NCBI RefSeq assembly: GCF_000143415.4
Contig: NW_003314349.1
Span: 133,172 to 197,171 of the forward strand
DNA: 64,000 nt
DNA from: Selaginella moellendorffii
Taxonomy: Eukaryota > Plantae > Lycopodiophyta
Reading direction: 5' to 3'
Position 1 is the first letter of the stretch; each line of letters opens with the position of its first letter. A program made the translations under genes and the position numbers. The notes beneath the pieces are model-generated. The model did no database searches and was not told where the DNA came from. It worked only from the letters and a program-made list of their open reading frames with translations. Shown piece after piece: positions 46,641 through 57,279 of this stretch.

Positions 46641-48212
46641 TTAGCCACCATAATCTTTAGCCGAGAACTTATCTTCCGGGTAGTACGTTGCCTGGACGGT
46701 CCTCTTGTCAAAGCTCCGGCCTTGCAATCCATGCCGCGCCTTGAGCGCCGAGACCAAATCCTTGTACTCGAGGAACACCTTCCCGAGCCCCGGAGCTCCA
46801 TCGCCGCGAGGAATCTCCACGCTCACCAGCGGCCCATACTTCCCACACTCCTCCTTCATATCCTCGATGATCTCCGCGTACTCCTTCTCGTCTCGCAGCA
46901 TCTCCTCGGACACGGCGTTGCAAAGGCACACCACCCGAGTCCCCAGCTCCGAGCTCTGCGGGAGAAGAACGAGCGCCGGGTTCCCGGACGAGTTCGTCGC
47001 GCGGTGGACGCGCAGGATCTTCCCCTCGAGTGGCTTCTGGTTGAGCGCTGCGCAAGCCGCGTCGGTGGAGGCCGGGTTCTCGTAAACCGCGAAGCCATAG
47101 CCTTTGGACTTTCGAGTGTACGAGTCCTTGACGATGTCGAGCGCGCGGAGAGCTCCGAATGGTTCTAGCAGCTGCCGGACCTCCGCGTCGCCCCACTCGT
47201 AAGGGAGCCCCCCGATGAAGATCCTGTCCGGTCCATCGGCGTGAGCGCGGTAGACCAATCCAACTTTGTCGAGCCGCAGAGACGGGCTCGGCTGGGACGA
47301 TCCAAACAGCATGGCGTGCTCGGGGTTGTAGTTACTGGGCCTCCGGATCCGGACTTGCGAGCCCTCGAAGATGATCCCGTCCAGAGCCATGGCGTTGCTG
47401 GCCTCCTCCACCGAGCGCATCTCCACAAACGCGTAGTTCTTGGCGTGGTCGATGAAGACGCTCACCACGGCGTCGCCACCCTGGCCGTAAGTGTTGCCTT
47501 CGATCACTGCCATGGCGTGGTTAAAGAAGGTGGCGATCCGGGCCTCGTCCACCACGGCCGGGAGGCCGCCAACGTAGACCCGGCGAGCCGGCTTGGTGAT
47601 CTGCGGCATCTGTGGCATTCGCAGCACCACCGGGAGCTGGGCGATCCCGGCTGGAAGAACTACTGGTTGCGATGGCTGGACCTGGACCTGGACCTGCGAG
47701 GATTGCTGCTGCGATGGCTGGAGCTGCGATGCTTGCTGCGATTGCTGAAGCTGCTGAGGCTGTGCTTGCTGCTGTTGATGGTTTTGGTTCTGGCTCTCCG
47801 ATCGAGAGCGCGATCTAGATCGCGGTGGCGATGGCGATGGCGATGATTTCCCACTGCTGCTACTGTCCCTTGTTCTTCTTCTTCGCCTTCTTTCTCTACT
47901 GCCGCTACTACTGCTGCTCGGGGATCTATATCGCCGGGGACGAGGCTGGTAAGAGCTCCTACTGTGGCGTCTACTGTCGTGGTTCCTATAGCGATTCCTC
48001 TCCCTGGACCTGGAGCGCATTCTCCTGTCGTCCCGGGAGCGCGAGCGGGCTCGCCGCCGGGAGCTCCCGCTGTGCCTGTGATCGTCGCTGCGGCGGCGCT
48101 CGTCTGGATCCCGCTGGCTCCTGCGGGTGCTGCTGGACGGAGATTTTACCTCGTTGCGCGCGGAATCGCCGTCCGGCTTGGATGGATCTGAGGTAGCGGC
48201 CCTAGGCGCCAT
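46641..48212 (-). CDS. U2AF large subunit (U2AF65)-like paralogue A, no coding introns, divergent
   Basis: RS domain, poly-Q linker, RRM1 ARRVYVGGLP..AFVEMRSVEEASNAMALDG, RRM2 DRIFIGGLP..SKGYGF and a C-terminal UHM (DMKEECGKYG..GKVFLEY). Confidence 0.92.
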   Translation of the reverse strand: MAPRAATSDPSKPDGDSARNEVKSPSSSTRRSQRDPDERRRSDDHRHSGSSRRRARSRSRDDRRMRSRSRERNRYRNHDSRRHSRSSYQPRPRRYRSPSSSSSGSRERRRRRRTRDSSSSGKSSPSPSPPRSRSRSRSESQNQNHQQQQAQPQQLQQSQQASQLQPSQQQSSQVQVQVQPSQPVVLPAGIAQLPVVLRMPQMPQITKPARRVYVGGLPAVVDEARIATFFNHAMAVIEGNTYGQGGDAVVSVFIDHAKNYAFVEMRSVEEASNAMALDGIIFEGSQVRIRRPSNYNPEHAMLFGSSQPSPSLRLDKVGLVYRAHADGPDRIFIGGLPYEWGDAEVRQLLEPFGALRALDIVKDSYTRKSKGYGFAVYENPASTDAACAALNQKPLEGKILRVHRATNSSGNPALVLLPQSSELGTRVVCLCNAVSEEMLRDEKEYAEIIEDMKEECGKYGPLVSVEIPRGDGAPGLGKVFLEYKDLVSALKARHGLQGRSFDKRTVQATYYPEDKFSAKDYGG

Positions 48213-48801
48213 GACGCTCAAGAACCCTAGCTCTTCCCCCCTTTGTGTGTTTAGTACAGTAAGATAGGGTTCTACCTATAGTCGAATCGATTCGATGGCC
48301 GCGGCCTCGAGCAAGCGAGCGCCCGCAAGGATTGTATCGCATTTCAATCCCTTCCTCTGGATCATCGCATTCCAGAGCGCGCCATGGCAGGCGCAGTGGC
48401 GAAATCTCCTGGCCGGGGTCTCGATCATCGCCATCGCAATGCTCGATGGCGCGAATCTATGCCCTGGATTTCCTCCACCGGTGATGGCAGCATATACCCG
48501 GGCCGGGCATCTCCATCCAATCGAAGAACACCGATGAATGATGGTAGCGATGGATTCCAGGCAAATCGAACGATGCCAGCTCTGCCATGTCAGGCGGGGA
48601 TCCGACGGCTCCGGCTGCCCGCCACGCCAGCAAATAAGGCGGGTAGGGTTCCAAGCTCTAGGGTTTGGTGTGTGTGGGAAGAAGCTCTGTGTCGAGGTAA
48701 GCGGCCGCTCGCCGGCTCTTGTGTCTCTCTGCTGATTCTCGGCGCCAGGATTGCCTCCAGATTCTAGGTATCCTATGCTGTTCTGAGGCGATTTCCGGGG
48801 T

Positions 48802-50298
48802 ATGGCAGGGTACGAGGACGATCCTCCCGCAAGAGAGCAGCCGCAGAATGGGTCGGCCTATGATCGAGAGGGCGAGAGGGATCGTCACAGCCGAGACAGG
48901 GATTTCGGCGGCCGGGATCGCGAGAGACGGCACCACCGGGACAGGGAAAGGGGCGACAGGGGCGGCGAGAAAGAAAAGGAAGAGGGCCGCTACGACAGGG
49001 ACAGGGATCACCACCACCGCAAGGGCGGCCACCACGATCGCAAGCACCACAAGCGCCAGTCGAGATCACACTCGAGGTCCCGCGGCAAGTCCCGCGAGCA
49101 CGACCACTCGAGATCGCGCTCGCGGTCCCGGTCGGGGTCCGAGGATCGCCGGGCCAAGAGGGCGAGTGGATTCGACGTGCCTCCGACCTCCACGACGCAG
49201 GTGCTCGCCAACCCCCCCGGCTTCTTCCCCGCGGTGATGCCGCCGCTGGCGGCCTTTGCCATGCCTCCGCAAACCATGACCCAGCAGGCCACTCGCCACG
49301 CCCGCCAAGTCTACGTCGGCGGCCTCCCGGGCCTCGTGAACGAGCAAACCATCGCCACCTTTTTCAACCAGGTGATGGTGAATGTCGGGGGCAACACCGC
49401 CGGCCCCGGGGACGTGGTCGTGAACGTCTACATCAACCAGGAGAAGAAGTTCGCGTTTGTGGAGATGAGGACGGTGGAGGAGGCGAGCAACGCCATGGCC
49501 CTGGACGGGATCAGCTTCCAGGGCGTGTCGGTGAGAGTGAGGAGGCCGAGTGACTACAACCCGTCGGTGGCGGCGAACCTCGGCCCCAGCCAGCCGAGTC
49601 CGAGCCTCAACCTCGCCGCCGTCGGGCTCACCCCCGGGGCCGGCGGCGGCGTTGACGGCCCCGACAGGATCTTTGTCGGGGGCCTGCCGTACTACCTGAC
49701 CGAGCCGCAGATCCGGGAGCTGCTGGAGTCGTTTGGCCCGCTTCGTGGGTTTGATCTCGTCAAGGACCGCGAGTCCGGGAACTCGAAGGGCTATGGCTTC
49801 TGCGTGTACCAGGATCCAAACGTGACGGACGTGGCCTGCGCGGCGCTCAACGGGCTCAAGATGGGGGACAGGACTCTGACGGTGCGGCGGGCGACGGCAA
49901 ACGGGCAGCAGGCCGGGCAGGATCACGCTCACATCCTCAGCCTCGCCAAGAGCTTGACGATGAACGGCGTGTTCCCGGACGAGGGCGCGACGAGGGTGCT
50001 GTGCCTCAAGGAGGCGGTGCTGGAGGCGGAGCTCATCGAGGACGAGCAGTTTGACGAGATACTGGAGGACATGCGCGACGAGTGCGGCAAGTTTGGGACG
50101 GTGCTCCACTTGGTGATACCGCGGCCGTCACAGGCGGCGGAGGTGGACGGCGTGGGGAAGGTTTTCGTGCACTTTGAGGATACCGGCGCCGCGACGCGGG
50201 CGAGGATATCGCTCAACGGCAGGAAGTTTGATGGGAGGGCGGTGGTGGCGACTTACTACCCGGAGGAACAGTTCATGGTGGGGGATTTCAGTGGTTGA
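48802..50298 (+). CDS. U2AF65: U2AF large subunit (U2AF65) paralogue B, no coding introns
   Basis: RD/RS domain, KRASGFDVPP ULM, QQATRHARQVYVGGLP, DRIFVGGLPYY and a UHM; probable 5'UTR intron with donor at 48697. Confidence 0.95.
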   Translation: MAGYEDDPPAREQPQNGSAYDREGERDRHSRDRDFGGRDRERRHHRDRERGDRGGEKEKEEGRYDRDRDHHHRKGGHHDRKHHKRQSRSHSRSRGKSREHDHSRSRSRSRSGSEDRRAKRASGFDVPPTSTTQVLANPPGFFPAVMPPLAAFAMPPQTMTQQATRHARQVYVGGLPGLVNEQTIATFFNQVMVNVGGNTAGPGDVVVNVYINQEKKFAFVEMRTVEEASNAMALDGISFQGVSVRVRRPSDYNPSVAANLGPSQPSPSLNLAAVGLTPGAGGGVDGPDRIFVGGLPYYLTEPQIRELLESFGPLRGFDLVKDRESGNSKGYGFCVYQDPNVTDVACAALNGLKMGDRTLTVRRATANGQQAGQDHAHILSLAKSLTMNGVFPDEGATRVLCLKEAVLEAELIEDEQFDEILEDMRDECGKFGTVLHLVIPRPSQAAEVDGVGKVFVHFEDTGAATRARISLNGRKFDGRAVVATYYPEEQFMVGDFSG

Positions 50299-50624
50299 GT
50301 CGAAGAGGATGGTCTGGTCGACAAGCACAGGCACAGGCTACACACTCGAGAGAGGCAGAAGGGGAAAAGCTCGTTTTGGTCGGCTGGTTTTGTTTCTTGG
50401 GTCTTGCAATGATCGAGCGAGACTATGGTTCGTGAGATGGAATTCAAGGGGTACCAGCCGGGCTGCTCTTGTAGTGTTCTCACGGTTATCTTTTTTCTCT
50501 CTTTCGTTACTACTTGATAAGTTTGCGTTTGATGTGTAGGAATGAATGGGAGGAGCAACCTCCCAGGTATGTCTCTGTTTTACTTTTCTTTTCTTTCGAT
50601 TTCACAGAACTTTGGAGTTGTGCG

Positions 50625-50678
50625 TTCCAGTACTATCCAGGTACACTCTTGGATCATATCCCTTGGCTAAAGTTTGCT
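50625..50678 (-). repeat. Remnant of the OPR gene 3' end (SKL-stop plus proximal 3'UTR)
   Basis: TTCCAG..CACTCTTGGATCATATCCCTTGGCTAAAGTTTGCT aligns with TTCCAG..CACTCTTTTGGATCATCTCTCTTGGCTAAAGTTTGCT at 59391-59453. Confidence 0.75.
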
Positions 50679-50722
50679 AAAGTCTGCTTCATTGTAGGAT
50701 ATGTGAAAGGAGCAACGGCATG

Positions 50723-51601
50723 TCAATTGGAGTATTTGTTCACGAACTGGATGATCTCTCCGTACGAGTAAATCCATTTCTCCCTCGACCTCTGGAAACG
50801 GCAAGGAATGGCCTCGATCTGGATACTCGGCAAGCTTTGCATCCTTGCCAGCTTTCCGGAGCTCTTGGTAGTACTCCACTTGGCGGCTGTAGAGCACGTC
50901 TCGAGATCCCACCAGCAGCAGCGATGGCGGCATTGGATCGATATCTCCTCGGCACTCGGGACTCTGCAGTAGTCATGGTCGCGGCTGGCACCCTCGGGGA
51001 GACAAAGTCGCCAGAGAGCATCGCAGGCCGCGAGCGTGAGAACGTCGGGCCGCTGGAGCGACTGGATCTCGGACTTGGATCTCTCCTCGGCTCCAAAGAA
51101 TGGATGAGTCCTTGATCTCCAGCGGCGAGAGATCGCAGTGGATCAATCGGGCAGCTAGCTGATGCCCGGGAGAAATCCGCGTTCTGGAGCCAGGGGTCGC
51201 GATCCACGGGCGATTGCTGGGCCTGGGATTGAAGCCACTGAAGAGACACGAAAGAATCGTCGAATGCCACGGGGAGGCGATGCTCCGGCGCGAGCCTGTG
51301 GGCGACGGAGACGACGATCATCCCCATCTTTTGGGAGATGGCACCGCAAAGATAGTGGAAAATGTCCAAAGCATGGGAGAAGGCGGCGACGAATCCACCG
51401 CCATGGAAGTAGACGAGTAGCGCGCGCTTGCCGGTGGTAGCCGATTTGATTCGAGCCCATATTCCCGTTCCTCGCTCCAGGATCACGCCCTTGCATCCAA
51501 ATTCGCCCTTGTTGAAGCTCGGACAATCCGGGCACTGGGGCCTCACGATCGCTGAAGAGCTGGACGCCTCTCACATCGCCCAGCAGCTCGCAATTGGCCA
51601 T
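50723..51601 (-). pseudogene. Carboxylesterase (CXE/HSL family) pseudogene
   Basis: LLVYFHGGGF, VSVAHRLAPEHRLPVAFDD, DPWL..ADFSR, LWRLCLPEGASRDH and LVGSRDVL; the GDSAGG nucleophile motif is deleted and there are several frameshifts. Confidence 0.9.
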
Positions 51602-53102
51602 CGCCCACACAGAAGACTTTGAAACGAAGTATTGGAGAGGCATCTGTATATATATAAAGCGAGGAGCGGAGGTCCGTAGCCGTCTGATCGCAGGCACGTA
51701 TCCACGGTGGGGGAAAAATAACGTGTAGCAATGCTCTCCTGGGCACATGCCACAGAAAATTTAGGGTTGCGCGCAATCATTTAGAAGATGTAGGATCTTG
51801 CGCTCAACAAGTTGTAGGCTTCTATGGCTTGTGCTTCTGAAATTGACCAGCACTAGAATTACTCCAGATAGATACCAAGAAACTAAGTTAAGCATTGGCA
51901 CTGAGCGCAATTTTCCTTGTGCGACAATCAGGAAGACGAAAATCTGTGCCAGCAGCTCCACATAGGTGTCAGTAGCTGGAATGCTGGGAGAAGGTGGGCT
52001 TTATGTTATGCCAGCATTGGGCATTGGGATCATCTTGAACATGATGGTGTGGCATTGCGATAGAGCTGGAGGGCGAGCTAAAGGTTGCTTGGAAGCTAGT
52101 TTTCTGTAGCCATGGGGAAAGCGATTCAAAGTTCTGAGTTTAGGCTTAAGTTTGCAAAGAACTTCCTTACTTCCTAACATGGTGTTTTGGTGACTTTAGT
52201 CACTGAGAGCAGCTTGATGCTGCATTGGTGTTTGCCGGCCAATGAAATTGGGCATGCTGGCTAGGACGGTTTGACACTGTCAAAAAGGCCACATCACGAT
52301 AACTGTTGGGACAAGGTTCCATGGCTTTGTTGGCAGTTGTGTTTGACAAGAGATTGGAAGAAAAATGTTCTTTTATGTGTTCTATTCTTTAGCATGAATG
52401 CATTTCCAATGCAACTCCAACACTTGAGTTCTAACGCTGCATTGCTTTCCTTAACAATTTGATTTTATTTATCAAAGAATGGATACTTAACACACTATAA
52501 ACCAAAATTATGTTATTTTATTATATAACTTTAGCTTATGAATACATAGATAATTTAGAAATATAGTTTTATGACACTAGAAAACTATAAATTATGAGTG
52601 CATGGAATATAGGAATGAAATATAGAAATATGCATATCAATTAACCCAAAAACTCTAGTTTATATATAAAATTAAGTACTCCAGATTAAAACCAATCCAA
52701 TTTTTATTAAAATCTCAGTACACTAATATTAATATACAACATTATAATTGTACATTTGTACCTCACATCATCCCCTCCTCTCAAAATGATAGAAGGTAGT
52801 CAAGTTCTTTGGTTGATAGGCTAAAATCTAGAGGAATATTAAGATGAGGGATTGATGAATTTATAGGAATTGTTTCTTATCCCTTTGTATGAAGCATTTT
52901 AGTCAATGCACATGCACAAATTAGCATATTGAACATTTGGGAAAATGAATTAGCATAATGTCATTCACTTTATACTTCACAATGGACAATAATAAGAATT
53001 GTAACATTGTTATTGTCCCATTTATATGCAACTTAAGTGTTTAATAAAGTTTGGTAGAATCAATGGAAGAATGTTCATTATATATAAATCTTAGAATTTA
53101 AC

Positions 53103-53895
53103 TATAAACAACCTAAGAGAACAACTCAAAAGATAATCCATAAAGTTCAAATATAGAAGGAAAGGGCCCATGAACAAGAGTGCACCCCTTTTTCTAATTG
53201 GTTAAAGGTTTTGAAATATTTGAAAATAAGCATTTTTGGGTTTGAATAGTATTAGGCTAGTGTAAGCAACCAAAGGGAACGACTCGAGAGACGATCCATG
53301 GGGTTCAAATATAAAGGGAAAGGGCCCATGAACAAGAGTGCACCCCCTTTTCCAATTGGTTAAGGGTCTTGGGATATTTGGGGTTAAGCGTCCTTGGGTT
53401 TGAATAGTACTGGGCTGGGTGACCTCCCGGGAAGTCCAAACTCAGGAGCTTTACATTTGGTATCAGAGCGGTTTCGAGTCCGACTCTGTTAGTTGGCTAG
53501 GGGAATCACACCATATATTGATTGACATCTGGTTGGTCCAGTTTGCTCCCACTGGGCTTGACCCGAGGGGTAGAGTGTCAAGAGAGCGGGGCTCTTAGAA
53601 GAGTTGTGGCTCTCAGCTTCCGTTCACAAGGGCGTGAGCTTGTAGAGAAGCGTGGTGAATTGTAAACAACCAAAGGGAACGACTCGAGAGGCGATCCATG
53701 GGGTTCAAATATAAAGGGAAAGGGCCTATGAACAAGAGTGCATCCCCTTTTCCAATCGGTTAAGGGTCTTGGGATATTTGGGGTTAAGCGTCTTGGGTTT
53801 GAATAGTACTGGGCTGGGTGACCTCCCGGGAAGTCCAAACTTAGAAGCTTTACAGTTAGATGACCTCTTAAGAAGTCCAAATTCATGAGCTTACA
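53103..53895 (+). mobile_element. Older, heavily transition-mutated solo LTR of the same TRIM family, split by the younger element (53103-53260 and 53855-53895)
   Basis: Colinear with the young LTR (for example GGAAAGGGCCCATGAACAAGAGTGCACCCC and TGACCTC..GAAGTCCAAA..GAGCTTACA); the flanks TTAAC/CTAGC are compatible with a mutated 5-bp TSD. Confidence 0.85.
53261..53854 (+). mobile_element. Cassandra-type TRIM (non-autonomous LTR retrotransposon with 5S rRNA-derived sequence in the LTRs)
   Basis: LTRs 53261-53455 and 53661-53854 (TGT..ACA; 7 transitions and 1 indel apart), PBS TGGTATCAGAGC at 53458-53469, 205-bp non-coding interior, purine-rich tract before LTR2, TSD GCTAG/GTTAG. 5S-like GTTAAGCGTCCTTGGG..TAGTACTGGGCTGGGTGACCTCCCGGGAAGTCC at 53383-53437 and 53783-53836. 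Confidence 0.93.
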
Positions 53896-54034
53896 CTAGC
53901 ATTAGCAACTTGTGGCAATTGCAAAGGTAAACCCAAACTCAGGAGCTTTACAGTTAGATGACCTCTTAAGAAGTCCAAATTCATGAGCTTACACTAGCAT
54001 TAGCAACTTGTGGCAATTGCAAAGGTAAACCCAA
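53835..54034 (+). repeat. 98-bp tandem duplication spanning the right TRIM junction
   Basis: CCAAAC...TACAGTTAGATGACCTCTTAAGAAGTCC...GGTAAACCC occurs twice, 98 bp apart. Confidence 0.92.
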
Positions 54035-54039
54035 CTTTA

Positions 54040-57000
54040 TTGGCAATATTAGATCATGACAATATAAAATTTTTTATGGTGAAGTACTAATGGAATTTTG
54101 TACCCTTATGACATATGTATATTGAAGAGACAGCAAATAATCATCTTAATTCGAATGTTGAAAATTCACATACTTCACAATCATCTTTAAGAAGGTCTGA
54201 ACAAAACATTCCACTAAACTATTTATTTATGGATAATAAGCACTTGTGAAAGTGTGATGTATCCCCAGCCGAAACATTAAAATGTGAAAAATCTTAACTA
54301 TAAATGCAAGACCATTATATGAAAGAATCCATTTTGGACAAGAATAGTGGAACAACATTTGATTGAGGAGGAAATATTTAACAGTTATCACGGATGCACT
54401 AGCAAAATCACTAAAAGTCAAGTAGTTATATGTAATAATAACATAGGTTAGGGTTATGAGTCAGCTAGCATTCACAGCTATAATTAGCTTGGTTACAACT
54501 CTTCAATTTAGGCCATGGCACTACTCTATAGTTGGTGCTACCATTGTGGTATGTGTGTGGTTGACTACTACCAGCTTTGTGTGTTCTATATACAATTGTC
54601 AAGAGCAGGTGTGGTGAGTTCTTTTGAGTTCTAGCAGTCTGATTCTAACAATCTCTAGTAACTGTTTATGCCTCATATCTGTGAAGAACGAAAACAAGAA
54701 CTAGTTCAGTCAAAGTTTGGTTTGTTTTTTTCTTATTTTGTAGGGTGGTGGACATGGTATGGTGCAATCATGATGCATGGTGACCATGGCTTTGGCACTT
54801 ATGACAAGTAGCAACTTCTAAAACTATAGTTGTGAAGCTATAAAATGTGAGCTTACAATACTCCCAGCAAGAACACCTAAGAGTCAAACTTTCAATCCCA
54901 GTAAGAACACCCAAGAATAGGTTAAGGCAACCCAATTATTTTGATTTAATTTCTCAATTGATAACTGTTTAGGGATTCTCATGGTGCTTGTGATTGTTTG
55001 GAGTGGACTTTTGAGCAGTAGTTCAGTTCTCATAAGAAAGTGCTAACATAAGTATGAGGTTTCCTCCAAGAACATTTGCATCCTGGACTGGAATTTTTCT
55101 TCATTATTTTATTATATTAATATTATATTAATACTTTTGTCTAGTACAAACTATAGCTATAAATAATGTTTTAGTTACTAAGGTGGACAATGTAAATAGA
55201 AAATATTCATAGTTTATTAAGAAACTATATATAATAACTCTATAAGGGGTTAATGGGATTCTTGTGGGAAAAGGAAAAGTAATTAACTAAGAATTAAAAA
55301 AATAAAATTGTTTTATAACTGTGGTAAATACAGGTCTATACATAAATTATGATAAAAAACACCATTTGAGAAAGGTTAGGAATATATATACTATCTTTGG
55401 GACAAGATTGATGGTATTTTTCTCCTCAAAAAATATGCATGAATGTGTTATCACTCAATCATACAAGAGACAACTAATGAAAAAGAATCCCCAAATGCAC
55501 ACAAAGTTGTTATAAACAATACACCTATTATATTACATGATATTAATGAAACACAGACTCGCATATATGTTAGACTCCTTGGAGGAAGATGTACATGCTA
55601 AGGATAGCATTACATGCGAGTTTTTTGGTGACCTAACCCCAATGGACATTGACAAACATGAGGAAGTCCTTAACATTTCACATGTTATTAAAATATTTGA
55701 ACTAGTTAATGTAGAAAGAAGAATGTGAAATCAATAAAATCGGTTGATACAAGTAGAAGAAAAACTAGTACATAGAAATATATTCTACTTTCAAATAAAA
55801 CATGGAATTAATATATTCTTTGAATAGTGCCTTTAGGATCTTAGCAACTTGTTAGAAATTTTAATTTGATAATTGTCTATCTTAAAACGATATTCAAAAG
55901 GAAAATAAAAAACATGATAGCTAAAGAAGCTGTTTTATGAAATAGATTGTGTTTACAATTGATGTGTTAGTGGAAGATAATATGTTCACAAAAAATGAAC
56001 TACTGCTCACAAATGGAATTATTGTTGATATGTTGGTAAAGGAGAAAGTATTCACAAATGGAGCTACTACAAATGTGTTGGTTTGAAGAGAAGGTGTTCT
56101 TAAGTGGAGTTACTGATGGATTTATAAATGTTGAGCATACTAAAAATATTGAAGGAAAACCCATTCATAATGTACATGATAAACATAATGTTTATGGTTT
56201 ATAAGCCCAAAATGGATGATCCAGAGATAGTAAGGAATCATTGTTTACAAGTGAAGGTCCTATTGAAATTGAAAAGATTATAAAAAATGAGGAGATAATA
56301 TTGACAAATAGAGTAGAAATGTTAAGTCAAAATGGACTTAAAGAATATGAACTTGTCTAAAAATCTGGTGTTGAAAACAAAAAGACTATAATTCAAGCAA
56401 TACAACATCAATAGAGTCCATACATACTTGAGTGTATTTTTAGTGACTTTATATGACCAATATATATTAGAAATATGTGGCAAGCATGTTAGTCCACTTC
56501 TCTCATACTAATTTAAATGATAGCAGTAGTTCTAGAGGAAATTATGGCATACAAAAATCTAAAATATGCTATTTAATTTGAGGTTTTTTATATCTACTTT
56601 TAATGACTCATCTTTCCAGGAATAAATTAATTGAAAAGCATCCATGGCTTTCATCTTCATTCTTATGCACACATCAATGGCAAAAACCTCCTTGTTAGAA
56701 CTAGATATGTATATGTTTTCCTATATTTAACTTAAATTCCTCATCTTTCCTAGTAAGTGTTTTTTGGGACCTCCTTACCATGAATGTTTATGCTTCATAT
56801 AATTTATATTTATCTGTTTTAAAAAATTTATGCGGAAATAAAATTATGTCTTACCTATCTTATTGGGAATAAAAAATACTAAAGTAAATAAATCACCAAC
56901 AACTTGCATAACAGAGAGTGCATAAAGCAATGTTAATTCTTGAAAATACACCCATTTTAAAGGATTATTTGGCTCAATAATTCTAGAACCACATTAGCAC

Positions 57001-57250
57001 CCTAACATATGAATGCATAAAAATTTTAAATTTGTTGCAAAAATTCGTAAACCTTAGTAGTTTGAGCACTTTATTTTATGCCCATCTTATAATGCTCAAT
57101 AGTGATGATGTAAAGTTAAAGCCAAAATTAAATAGTCTTTTGTGTCAAAAAGATCAATGTACTCAAGCTTAAAGCTTATGCACTATATATCAAGCAAATC
57201 AATATTGGAATTTTAAGCCAAATTTATGATGTGTTGTATAATAGACATTA
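54040..57250. other. AT-rich decayed region, probably old transposon debris
   Basis: Low GC, only short ORFs (one with a PMDID motif reminiscent of Gypsy Gag) and a degenerate ~45-bp repeat at 55961-56120. Confidence 0.45.
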
Positions 57251-57279
57251 TATTATAAAGATGAGAAGTTTTATTAATT

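Noticed and set aside
535-50298. Splicing gene cluster (U2 snRNA plus two U2AF65 genes)
   Set aside because: They are 46 kb and many unrelated genes apart; U2 genes are multicopy, so chance is sufficient.
51780-52460. Possible gene remnant upstream of the carboxylesterase
   Set aside because: No recognisable domain or consistent splice pattern.
53383-53437. 5S rRNA gene
   Set aside because: Only about 55 nt of the internal control region is present, inside LTRs, without the 5S ends or a T-run terminator.
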